The position numbers and the translations under genes are program-made. Positions 1 through 8,043 of a DNA stretch of 42,273 bases are shown in pieces. Under the pieces are notes generated by a model that was not told the DNA's origin, ran no database searches, and was given only the letters and a program-made list of their open reading frames with translations. Position 1 is the first letter of the stretch; each line of letters begins with the position of its first letter. This DNA comes from Cyclobacteriaceae bacterium. GTDB lineage: Bacteria > Bacteroidota > Bacteroidia > Cytophagales > Cyclobacteriaceae. The stretch is taken from contig DAIQNU010000001.1 in assembly GCA_036788235.1 (NCBI GenBank), positions 1 through 42,273 on the forward strand, given 5' to 3'.

Positions 1-7
1 GTGACAT

Positions 8-1693
8 ATGATAAAATTGTTAGCGACAATCACGGGTGTTGATCGGATACCCCATAAATATTTATTTGTGCTGAAAGAAGGAAAGGAAAAATTTGAAAAT
101 ATAAGTTTGCCGCTAGACATTTCTCCTGAAGCTGGATTCAAAATTGAAGACATTGCTTTTGCAAACGGAGCCATTTGGCTGGCTACGCCTAAAGGCCTAT
201 TTAAGCAACAAGACGGCAGTATTGAAGCAGTTGATCTTGGATCAACCTATAGCGATTTATTTGTACGTTCTGTAAAAGCACAACCCGGTACAAATGAGCT
301 TTGGATTGCCAACCCATATGGCTTGATTCGGTACAATTACCTAACTAAAGACTACGCACTTTTCAATGAACATTCGGGTATGCCATCAAATACAATTAAC
401 ACTAGAGGCATTATGTTCCAAGATTCTGCAAGTCTTTGGATTGGGACATCCGCAGGTGCTGCTTTCTCCAAAACCATACTTAACGAAAAGCTGCAAACAC
501 CCGCGCCGCATATTCTAAGCATGGAAGTCGACAAAGAAATACAAAGCATCGCTACCAATACAAGTATCATCATTCCTCCGCAATCATATATTAAAATTTC
601 GGTTGCATCACCCACTTATCCCGGTCAAAATGTAGTCTATTCTTATAGACTCAAGCCAATAAATAAAGTATGGTCTGATCCGGACAAAAGCAATTTACTT
701 ACCTTTTCTAAACTCAAATATGGTAGTTATGAACTTGAAATAAAAGCCAGAAAAATGGGACAATACCAATGGAGCGAGGTCACCACCTTGCCCTTCAAGG
801 TAGAGCGTTCATTTTATGAAACATTCGCCTTCAAAATTATCGTAGCAGCTATTATTTTACTTTTGGTACTGAGCACTTGGCGATTGGCGGTTTTATTCAA
901 TAAAAAGCGCCAGTTGTATTTGGAGTTGGTCGTAAAGCAAAGAACTTATGAAATTCAATTGGCCAATGAAGAATTGGCTTCACGTAATCAAGAGCTCGAC
1001 CAGTTTGTTTATAGCGTCTCACATGATCTCAGCGCACCTTTAAAATCTCTCTTGGGACTCATCAACGTAGGCAGACATGAAATGCAAAGCGATAGCCAAC
1101 TTCAATTGCTAGAAATGATGCAAAGTAGTGTGACCAAACTCGAACGGTTTATTAAGGATGTGATAGAATATTCCAGAAATGCCCGGCTTGGTCTTCGCCT
1201 TGAAAAAGTAAATCTTAAATCAATGGTTGAGGAGGTTTTTGCGCAGCTATCTCATGTAAATGCACATAATAAGATCATCACCACCATAGACATTAATGAG
1301 GCTGTTGAATTAAACACAGACAGTATCAGGATGCGTATTATACTCAATAATTTAATTTCAAATGCTATGAAATTTCAAGATAAAAATAGAACGGATGCAT
1401 TTGTAAGAGTCACCTACCGTAAAATCGGAAATGAACATGAAATTAAGGTTATTGACAATGGCATTGGCATACAAGAAGAATTCCAGTCCAATATTTTCAA
1501 TATGTTTTATCGGGCATCTGATCAATCGCATGGTTCAGGCTTGGGACTCTATATTTTAAAAGAGGCTGTCCTCAAATTAAAAGGACGCATTGAGATGCAT
1601 TCAGTATATGGTGAAGGGAGTACTTTTACGGTGTTCCTGCCAGAGAAGGAAATCAAAAAAGAAAAATCATCAATAAAAATCGGTAGTCAATAG
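8..1693 (+). CDS. Sensor histidine kinase (short propeller-like region + Y_Y_Y domain, one TM helix, HisKA + HATPase_c)
   Basis: 561-aa ORF. Y_Y_Y-type motif (VVYSYRLKPINKVWSD...YGSYELEIKARK), TM helix FKIIVAAIILLLVLSTW, H-box FVYSVSHDLSAPLKSL, ATPase boxes NLISNAMKF / DNGIGI / GSGLGLYI. An in-frame TGA at 2-4 prevents upstream extension in this frame. Confidence 0.85.
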   Translation: MIKLLATITGVDRIPHKYLFVLKEGKEKFENISLPLDISPEAGFKIEDIAFANGAIWLATPKGLFKQQDGSIEAVDLGSTYSDLFVRSVKAQPGTNELWIANPYGLIRYNYLTKDYALFNEHSGMPSNTINTRGIMFQDSASLWIGTSAGAAFSKTILNEKLQTPAPHILSMEVDKEIQSIATNTSIIIPPQSYIKISVASPTYPGQNVVYSYRLKPINKVWSDPDKSNLLTFSKLKYGSYELEIKARKMGQYQWSEVTTLPFKVERSFYETFAFKIIVAAIILLLVLSTWRLAVLFNKKRQLYLELVVKQRTYEIQLANEELASRNQELDQFVYSVSHDLSAPLKSLLGLINVGRHEMQSDSQLQLLEMMQSSVTKLERFIKDVIEYSRNARLGLRLEKVNLKSMVEEVFAQLSHVNAHNKIITTIDINEAVELNTDSIRMRIILNNLISNAMKFQDKNRTDAFVRVTYRKIGNEHEIKVIDNGIGIQEEFQSNIFNMFYRASDQSHGSGLGLYILKEAVLKLKGRIEMHSVYGEGSTFTVFLPEKEIKKEKSSIKIGSQ

Positions 1694-1808
1694 TTAGAAT
1701 GCACTGAAATTTGGCATTCAATTATTGGTCAATTATTTGAGCTTTAGAACATTTAAATTGAGGAGACGTTTAGAGTAACTGAACATCACACCTTAATCCC
1801 CCAAAATA

Positions 1809-2957
1809 TTGAAATATTCAATTGTATTTAAAGTTCTTGCCGCATTGATCTTAAGCGGCATCATAAGTTACGTGATCTACATAACATTTTTCAAAGAAAA
1901 AATTAAGGATAGAATTGTTGAGATCTCAGAAGATGAAATATCCGAATTGATCAATATGGATGTTAGTTTTGATGAGTACTTCATAACAGACGACGCTACA
2001 ACTTTAGAAATTACCGGGCTTGTAATTACCTCACCTTACCCACAGGATCGATATAATGAAATTAATGAATTTGAAACAGACTGGATAAATGTAGCCATTA
2101 AAAAAGTGCGTTTGGTGCATTTCGATTATGAAAGATTGATTAATGAGAATCATTTCTCTGCGGCAAATATCGAAATACAATCGGCAGAAATTGATGTTTA
2201 TCGAGATAAAACCATTCCGGAACCACCCTTTGAGCATAAACCAATCATTGCGTCTTTGCTTCAAAAAATGGAAGCCAAAATAAATGTAGATACACTCATA
2301 ATCACAGGCACAAATATTCGCTATTTTGAGAAATCAGAATTTTCAGATCAATCGGGCACTATTAGTTTTGAAAACCTTTTTGCCACCGGCTATAATATTA
2401 CTAATATCAAGGAGAAGCTTGACAGGAATTCAGACTTTACTTTAGATGCTCAGGCCAATCTAATGGGTGAAGCTAAAATTGATGCACATTTTATATTCGA
2501 TTTAAAAAGTGAAAATGACTATTTCACTTTAAATGCAGATGTAGCGCCTTTTCAGGCCAAAGTACTTAACACAATGATAACCGGGGTGCTGCCTGCAAAA
2601 ATAACAGATGGCAAGGTTAAGGGCATAAAAGTAGAAATGGAAGGAAATGAAGATGCCTCAAAAGGGAAGATTGACTTTGAATATGAAGACATGCAATTTG
2701 AATTATTTAATGATGACAGCAAATTTAAGTCATTCATCACTACCCAAGCTGCAAAACTTGCTTTGCGCAAAAACAATACAAATGACGGAAGTAATTACAG
2801 ACAAGGGGAGATAAACTTCGACCGGCGAAAAGATAAATTTGTCTTTAACTATTGGTGGAATAGTTTGAAAAGTGGTATTGTAGATACGATGCTTTCGGAT
2901 GCCGCCAAGCTTTTTAATATTGATGACAAAGCCAATGAGCGCCCGCCCAGGGAATAA
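1809..2957 (+). CDS. Hypothetical N-terminally membrane-anchored protein, possibly AsmA/DUF748-like
   Basis: 382-aa ORF with a TTG start and one N-terminal hydrophobic helix (VFKVLAALILSGIISYVIYITFF). The remainder is predicted beta-rich and resembles AsmA-like/DUF748 proteins only by general pattern. Family assignment not verified. Confidence 0.55.
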   Translation: MKYSIVFKVLAALILSGIISYVIYITFFKEKIKDRIVEISEDEISELINMDVSFDEYFITDDATTLEITGLVITSPYPQDRYNEINEFETDWINVAIKKVRLVHFDYERLINENHFSAANIEIQSAEIDVYRDKTIPEPPFEHKPIIASLLQKMEAKINVDTLIITGTNIRYFEKSEFSDQSGTISFENLFATGYNITNIKEKLDRNSDFTLDAQANLMGEAKIDAHFIFDLKSENDYFTLNADVAPFQAKVLNTMITGVLPAKITDGKVKGIKVEMEGNEDASKGKIDFEYEDMQFELFNDDSKFKSFITTQAAKLALRKNNTNDGSNYRQGEINFDRRKDKFVFNYWWNSLKSGIVDTMLSDAAKLFNIDDKANERPPRE

Positions 2958-3000
2958 TGCTTTAATAATCAACTTATCCAACATTGTCCTTAAGTTAAGA

Positions 3001-3076
3001 CCCGCGAGGTTTGAACACAAATTAATGTTGGAGTAATTGGGTAAATAAAAACGTTTAATAAAACAAACCTCGCGGG
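3001..3076. terminator. Long inverted repeat between convergent genes (13-bp perfect arms, ~50-nt AT-rich loop); candidate bidirectional terminator or REP-like element
   Basis: cccgcgaggtttg (3001-3013) pairs perfectly with caaacctcgcggg (3064-3076). It lies between the stop of 1809..2957 (+) and the stop of 3095..4480 (-). Confidence 0.45.
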
Positions 3077-3094
3077 CCTAAGTTCTTAAGCAGT

Positions 3095-4480
3095 CTAAGC
3101 AAACTTATATTTACCTGGCATAGGCACTGGATCTACCGGGTTATCACCAAACTTATATTCTAAAGGCTTAAGTTCTGTCTTTAAATTCATAGCGGTTTCC
3201 CAATCAATTTCATGCCCACTGTAGCATGCCTCTCTGCCCATAATGGCGGTGAGTGTAGACTCAGCAATTTGTTTGGCTTCATTTATTGGATTGCTGGTTC
3301 TGATACTTTCAATAAGTGCTTCGTGCTCCGCTTGATATGGATTATTTCTTTCTCCTCTAAATCTCCAGGATCCTGATTTGGAAGTATAGCCCATCGTACG
3401 GTAAGAAAAATCGCCACGTCCGTCAGCACCAATAATAGAGTCATCAACAAAATTGGTTCCGCCGTTGATTTGCCTGGCGAGAGCAAATACAGTGATATCA
3501 TTGGGATATTCGTATTGCACCGAGAAATGATCATAAACATTTCCATATTTTTCAGGATCTGTGCGTACCTGCCTACCGCCCAGTCCTACGGCTTTGAGGG
3601 GCGTTGATTGCAGCACCCAATTCACCAAGTCTAACGAATGCACAAATTGCTCGGCAATTAAATCTCCAGATAGCCAGGTGTAATAATTCCAATTTCTGAG
3701 TTGGGCCTCCATTGGCGACCATTCAGGTTTGGGCTCTACCACCCAAATCTCCCCACCCATCCAACGCGCTACAGCCGATCTTATGTCACCAATAGCGCCA
3801 TCTTGAATTCTCTTTACATTTTCTTGCATCGAGTTGTCATAGCGCCGCTGTGTACCGGCACCTATGGCCAATCCCTGCTTGCGCGCCATTTCTCCCGATT
3901 CAATAATAGACCTAACCCCAGCAGCATCTACAGCCGCGGGCTTTTCCATAAATACATTTTTACCAGCCTCGATCGCTGCTCTTAAATGCATTGGCCTAAA
4001 ATGAGGCGGCTCCGCAAGAATAACGTAGTTTATTTCCGGAATTTCCAGCAATTTTTTATAGGCATCAAAACCCGAAAAGCACAAATCTTGCTTTACTTCC
4101 ATGCCCACTTTACTGAGCTGTGCTTTACATACTTGCAACCTATCTGGAAACAAATCTGCTAAAGCAATAACTTGTACATTTTTGGCATTAACTCTGGCAC
4201 CTTCCGCCGCATTTTCTGTATGGTAGCCAAGTTCTGGGTAAATAATTTGAGTGGCGGCATTAAGCGCATCTAGCGCTGCACCGGTACCTCTACCACCACA
4301 ACCTATCACGCCAATTTTAATGGGGGCATCAGGCTTGGCTTTGGCGCTAATAATATTTGGCCAATGCATCGCCACGGCGGCAGTGGCCAAGCCCATTCCT
4401 GATTGTTTTACAAACTGCCTTCTATTCAACGAATTTGATGAAGAATTGGCAGCAATTATTGGGTTTTGTTGCTTATCCAT
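3095..4480 (-). CDS. Tat-exported Gfo/Idh/MocA family oxidoreductase
   Basis: 461-aa ORF. Twin-arginine signal NRRQFVKQSGMGLATAAVA, Rossmann motif IGVIGCGGRGTGA, EKP motif (FMEKPAA) typical of the Gfo/Idh/MocA family. Confidence 0.9.
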   Translation of the reverse strand: MDKQQNPIIAANSSSNSLNRRQFVKQSGMGLATAAVAMHWPNIISAKAKPDAPIKIGVIGCGGRGTGAALDALNAATQIIYPELGYHTENAAEGARVNAKNVQVIALADLFPDRLQVCKAQLSKVGMEVKQDLCFSGFDAYKKLLEIPEINYVILAEPPHFRPMHLRAAIEAGKNVFMEKPAAVDAAGVRSIIESGEMARKQGLAIGAGTQRRYDNSMQENVKRIQDGAIGDIRSAVARWMGGEIWVVEPKPEWSPMEAQLRNWNYYTWLSGDLIAEQFVHSLDLVNWVLQSTPLKAVGLGGRQVRTDPEKYGNVYDHFSVQYEYPNDITVFALARQINGGTNFVDDSIIGADGRGDFSYRTMGYTSKSGSWRFRGERNNPYQAEHEALIESIRTSNPINEAKQIAESTLTAIMGREACYSGHEIDWETAMNLKTELKPLEYKFGDNPVDPVPMPGKYKFA

Positions 4481-4548
4481 AATGATATATGTGTTTTTGA
4501 TGCAATCTACTTATAAATCACAAAAAATGAAAATGTTATGTGTATGAG

Positions 4549-4830
4549 TCACACTTGAGGCGGGAATTTATCAATAGCGTGCGGCTTAAGGCTTGGATAT
4601 ATCACTAGAGGTGTGGCTTTAGCCCACTCCAAGATTGGAGAGCGTTCTATGTTGTATTGGGTGGATTTTAGCCAAATGAAGTATAATTCCTTGGTATAGC
4701 CAAAGCGTGCTAGGACGAAAACTTTGATCGCACGCTTTACAAAAGCGCGCGAGGTGTGGAGTGGAGGCTTAAATTCTCTGAATTCTGTTCCGTATAGAGG
4801 CAGCCAACATCGCTTTTCTACGGTTTTCAC
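4549..4830 (-). other. Visibly G+C-richer, hairpin-rich segment carrying a 93-aa ORF of unknown significance (weak CDS, ncRNA or repeat remnant)
   Basis: ORF has no recognisable motif and overlaps the 3' end of 4769..5059 by 62 nt. A 9-bp stem aaagcgtgc/gcacgcttt sits at ~4702-4739. Direct 9-mer gaggtgtgg occurs at 4608-4616 and 4751-4759. Confidence 0.2.
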
Positions 4831-5059
4831 GGCTGTTTCTATACCAAAATATGGCTATAACAATAAACGCTAAATATGGGGCTGCAAAAAGATAGATAAT
4901 GCCTGCATTGAGTTTAGCAGCTATGCCTACATCCCCATTGCTTACATTATTTTCAACAGCAGCTCTGCACATGGCGCACTGTGCTTCGGCAAGTTGAGGC
5001 ATTATCAACAGCGCAACACTCAATATCAAAAAAGGAAAATATTTCTTAATGATTTTCAT
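4769..5059 (-). CDS. Small secreted/membrane protein with a CxxC pair at the predicted mature N-terminus (last gene of the cox cluster)
   Basis: 96-aa ORF. Signal peptide MKIIKKYFPFLILSVALLIMPQLAEA, then QCAMCRAAVENN, then one TM helix (IIYLFAAPYLAFIVIAIFWY). From memory, a QCAMCR motif family sits next to cox genes in Bacteroidota. Confidence 0.7.
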   Translation of the reverse strand: MKIIKKYFPFLILSVALLIMPQLAEAQCAMCRAAVENNVSNGDVGIAAKLNAGIIYLFAAPYLAFIVIAIFWYRNSRENRRKAMLAASIRNRIQRI

Positions 5060-5072
5060 GGGTCTAGTATTT

Positions 5073-5618
5073 TCAGAATTGATAATATGGACGAATCATA
5101 AGGTATACAATTACACCAGAAACTGAGACATACAACCAAATTGGCAATGTATATTTAACAACGCGAACATGCTGCTTAAACTTGCCAGTAAGTGCGAAAT
5201 AAAATGCAAATAATACAAAAGGAACAACTATGGCAGCTAGGATAATGTGTGAAATAAGTAAGGAAAAATAGACCATTCTAATGTTTCCTTCACCACCGAA
5301 AGGCGTAGACTCAGCCGCAGAATGGTAAATCACATAAAAGACAAGAAACAATGAACCTAAAATAAATGCCATTGTCATAGCCTTTTTATGCAAATCAGGA
5401 CGCTTATTTTTAATAAAAACCAACCCTGCCACAAGTAATATAGCAGTTATAGTATTGATGATAGCATTTACATGCGGCAGTTTAAATATCCAACCAGCGT
5501 TAGTTTCTAACCTAAATGGCATATAAATTAAAAAAGCAACCACCACAGGAATAAGTACAGAAAGTCCTATGATAAACTTAGAATATATGCCATTATTTTT
5601 TTCTTCTGCTATTTCCAT
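5073..5618 (-). CDS. DUF420 family membrane protein (CtaM-like cytochrome oxidase assembly factor)
   Basis: 181-aa, 4-TM ORF with DUF420-like blocks (LPHVNAIINT, YVIYH, LISHIILA, PIWLYVSVSGV). Located inside the cox cluster. Confidence 0.8.
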   Translation of the reverse strand: MEIAEEKNNGIYSKFIIGLSVLIPVVVAFLIYMPFRLETNAGWIFKLPHVNAIINTITAILLVAGLVFIKNKRPDLHKKAMTMAFILGSLFLVFYVIYHSAAESTPFGGEGNIRMVYFSLLISHIILAAIVVPFVLFAFYFALTGKFKQHVRVVKYTLPIWLYVSVSGVIVYLMIRPYYQF

Positions 5619-5630
5619 TTGTTGATTGTA

Positions 5631-6251
5631 CTAATTCATTTTTACCAATATCTTCGATTCAACAATAAGTCTGTCAGTATCCTCACGACTTAAGGCATTG
5701 TAATATCCTCTAATAATCCCCGATGCGTCTGTTAGAACCATAAGATTCCATATATTTTCAGTTTTCTCCTCCACCAATTTGAGACCTTCTTGCAATAAAA
5801 AAGCGCAATTAAAATCAGCCTTTTTATCAGTGTGATGTATTTTTAAGAATTCATCATTTGCTCCATTAACAATAAATTTATCCAAATTGTTGACAGAATC
5901 TGTTTCAGAATATGCAATGACCAATGATTGCAGCTTTTCGCCCAATGCATCACTTATACGCAATAGGTTGTAAAGTTTTTCATCTTGTTGTTGAGCATCC
6001 TCTTTATACCCAATAAATACAAATACATGCAAGACATCAGCGCCCTCAAAGATTTCAAGAGCACCAACTTCTCTAAGTCTACCATTGATTGAATAGGGTG
6101 TAACAATATCTTCACATTCCGATTGATTAAATCCTTCATCTTGGTAATACATTGGCACTTCAAACTGATTATTGCCAAAGATTTTAAGAAACACAAATAT
6201 TGCTGCCGGTATGGCTAATATGGCAATCAAAAAAATAACCTTGCGCAGCAT
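5631..6251 (-). CDS. SCO1/SenC-like thioredoxin-fold protein lacking the CxxxC copper site
   Basis: 206-aa ORF. N-terminal anchor, FGNNQFEVPMYY and C-terminal LTDASGIIRGYY...DRL blocks follow the Bacteroidota SCO pattern. Where T-C-P-x-x-C-P is expected, the sequence reads FIGYKEDAQQQ. Confidence 0.75.
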   Translation of the reverse strand: MLRKVIFLIAILAIPAAIFVFLKIFGNNQFEVPMYYQDEGFNQSECEDIVTPYSINGRLREVGALEIFEGADVLHVFVFIGYKEDAQQQDEKLYNLLRISDALGEKLQSLVIAYSETDSVNNLDKFIVNGANDEFLKIHHTDKKADFNCAFLLQEGLKLVEEKTENIWNLMVLTDASGIIRGYYNALSREDTDRLIVESKILVKMN

Positions 6252-6328
6252 ATCTTTAGTGTTGAACGTAAATAAAAATCCCTGAAAAAATCCAGGGATT
6301 TGAGTGTTTTAAAGAAAATGTAGTATTG

Positions 6329-6652
6329 CTACCTAACTTCGAAAATTGCACCACCTTCATAGATCAACGCTGCCACAAGCCATATAACGAAGATTATAGG
6401 CAATACTATTGACCACATTAGTGATTTAACTTCGTACTTAAGGTGCATAAACTCAGCAACTATATAAAAAGCCTTAACCAATGTAAGTCCTATAAATATG
6501 GCATAAAGCAACATTCCTCTAGGGAGTACTAAAGCAAATAGAAATTCTATAGCCGTGATAATTGCGAGGTAACCAGCGATAATCCAAAGTTTCTTGATTT
6601 TATTTTTATCGGCCGGCTGGGCTATTACTGAACTGTTTTCTTCTAAAGCCAT
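6329..6652 (-). CDS. Cytochrome c oxidase subunit IV family protein
   Basis: 107-aa, 3-TM ORF with the FMHLKYE motif typical of bacterial subunit IV (CoxD/CyoD-like). Located directly after the subunit III genes. Confidence 0.85.
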   Translation of the reverse strand: MALEENSSVIAQPADKNKIKKLWIIAGYLAIITAIEFLFALVLPRGMLLYAIFIGLTLVKAFYIVAEFMHLKYEVKSLMWSIVLPIIFVIWLVAALIYEGGAIFEVR

Positions 6653-6670
6653 GTCAACAAATTTTAAATA

Positions 6671-7423
6671 TTAAATAAGATAAAAGAATGTAAATACAAA
6701 TACCCATACAAGGTCAACAAAGTGCCAGTAAAGTCCAACTTTTTCTACCATTTCATAATGTCCACGTCGCTCATACACACCCGTAGCTGCCTGGTAAAAA
6801 ACCATAAAGTTTAGGGCTACCCCACTGAATACATGCATTCCATGAAAGCCAGTAATAAAGAAAAACAATGAAGCGAATAATGGAGGCCCATATTCATTCA
6901 TGGTAAGATTGGCTCCGAAGAAACGGGTGCCATCTTCGAGGAGTATCCCAACATCGGTACCATGGATAAAGTGGCTCCATTCCCAGGCTTGGCAGGCAAG
7001 GAAAGTAATACCACCCACCAATGTCCAAAGCATCCATTTCATTACTCCTTTACGATCCATGCGGTGACCTGCTTCCACTGCCAAAACCATTGTAACACTA
7101 CTCAAAATGAGAATAAATGTCATAATGGCTACGAAAACCAGTGGTAAACTAACGCCATGTAAAAAAGGAACTGCTTCAAATACCTTTTCAGGGATAGGCC
7201 AGTAATCTTGAGATGATACGAATTCGGCAGCTTTACCTTCATAAGCTTGGTATGAATACCTGAGCATTCCGTAAGTTATGAGTAAGCCTGAAAAAGAAAA
7301 GGCATCTGAAAGTAGAAAAAACCACATCATCAGTTTGCCATAACTTACCTTGAGTGGAGAAACACCCCCACTCCATAAGTGCTTATTGGGAATCTCTGTA
7401 GTTGCAGTAGCTGAATTTGCCAT
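6671..7423 (-). CDS. Cytochrome c oxidase subunit III family protein (longer paralogue)
   Basis: 250-aa polytopic ORF with heme-copper oxidase subunit III blocks (ITGFHGMHVFSGV, YWHFVDLVWVFVF). Confidence 0.9.
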   Translation of the reverse strand: MANSATATTEIPNKHLWSGGVSPLKVSYGKLMMWFFLLSDAFSFSGLLITYGMLRYSYQAYEGKAAEFVSSQDYWPIPEKVFEAVPFLHGVSLPLVFVAIMTFILILSSVTMVLAVEAGHRMDRKGVMKWMLWTLVGGITFLACQAWEWSHFIHGTDVGILLEDGTRFFGANLTMNEYGPPLFASLFFFITGFHGMHVFSGVALNFMVFYQAATGVYERRGHYEMVEKVGLYWHFVDLVWVFVFTFFYLI

Positions 7424-7452
7424 GTTTTATATGGTTAAAAATAATTGGTTTA

Positions 7453-8031
7453 TCATTGATTAAACAATAAAAATACATAAAGATATATCCAAAGTCCACC
7501 TAAAAAGTGCCAATATGTTGCACACATTTCAATACTTACAAGTGCCTTAGAATGGATTTTCAAGTTGAGGGCGTTTACAAATACTACCAAAAGAAAAATT
7601 ATAGCACTAACCAGGTGTAGACCATGCAATCCTGTAAGTACATACACAAACGACCCCGCAGGATTACCCACGAAATACACATTGGAGTCAACAAGCTGGT
7701 TCCAGGAGGTAAACTGTCCTACTAAAAAAAACACTCCAAGCACCAATGTGATGCCTAACATAATTTTTAGACCATCTAATTGATCTTTTTTGGCATTTAA
7801 ATAAGCCCATTGCATGCTTACACTGCTCAACAATATTATAACAGTATTGAGCACAAAAGCCGAAGGAAGTGAAAATTCCAGCCAATTACCTTCTGATTGC
7901 TTTACTATATATGCGCTGGTAAGTGCCGCAAAAATCATAACTACAGTTACTATAAACAACCAAAGGGCAAATTTGCCCGGATGCATAGATAAGTTATTAT
8001 TCACTTGATTCATTTCTGCCCGCTCTTCCAT
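7453..8031 (-). CDS. Cytochrome c oxidase subunit III (short paralogue)
   Basis: 192-aa polytopic ORF with subunit III blocks (LTGLHGLHLVSAI, YWHFLGGLWIYLYV). Confidence 0.9.
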   Translation of the reverse strand: MEERAEMNQVNNNLSMHPGKFALWLFIVTVVMIFAALTSAYIVKQSEGNWLEFSLPSAFVLNTVIILLSSVSMQWAYLNAKKDQLDGLKIMLGITLVLGVFFLVGQFTSWNQLVDSNVYFVGNPAGSFVYVLTGLHGLHLVSAIIFLLVVFVNALNLKIHSKALVSIEMCATYWHFLGGLWIYLYVFLLFNQ

Positions 8032-8043
8032 CTTCTTCCTCCT

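Noticed and set aside
2730-3020. 96-aa minus-strand ORF overlapping the end of 1809..2957 and the left arm of the long hairpin
   Set aside because: It overlaps a longer ORF and an RNA-structure element, and has no motif.
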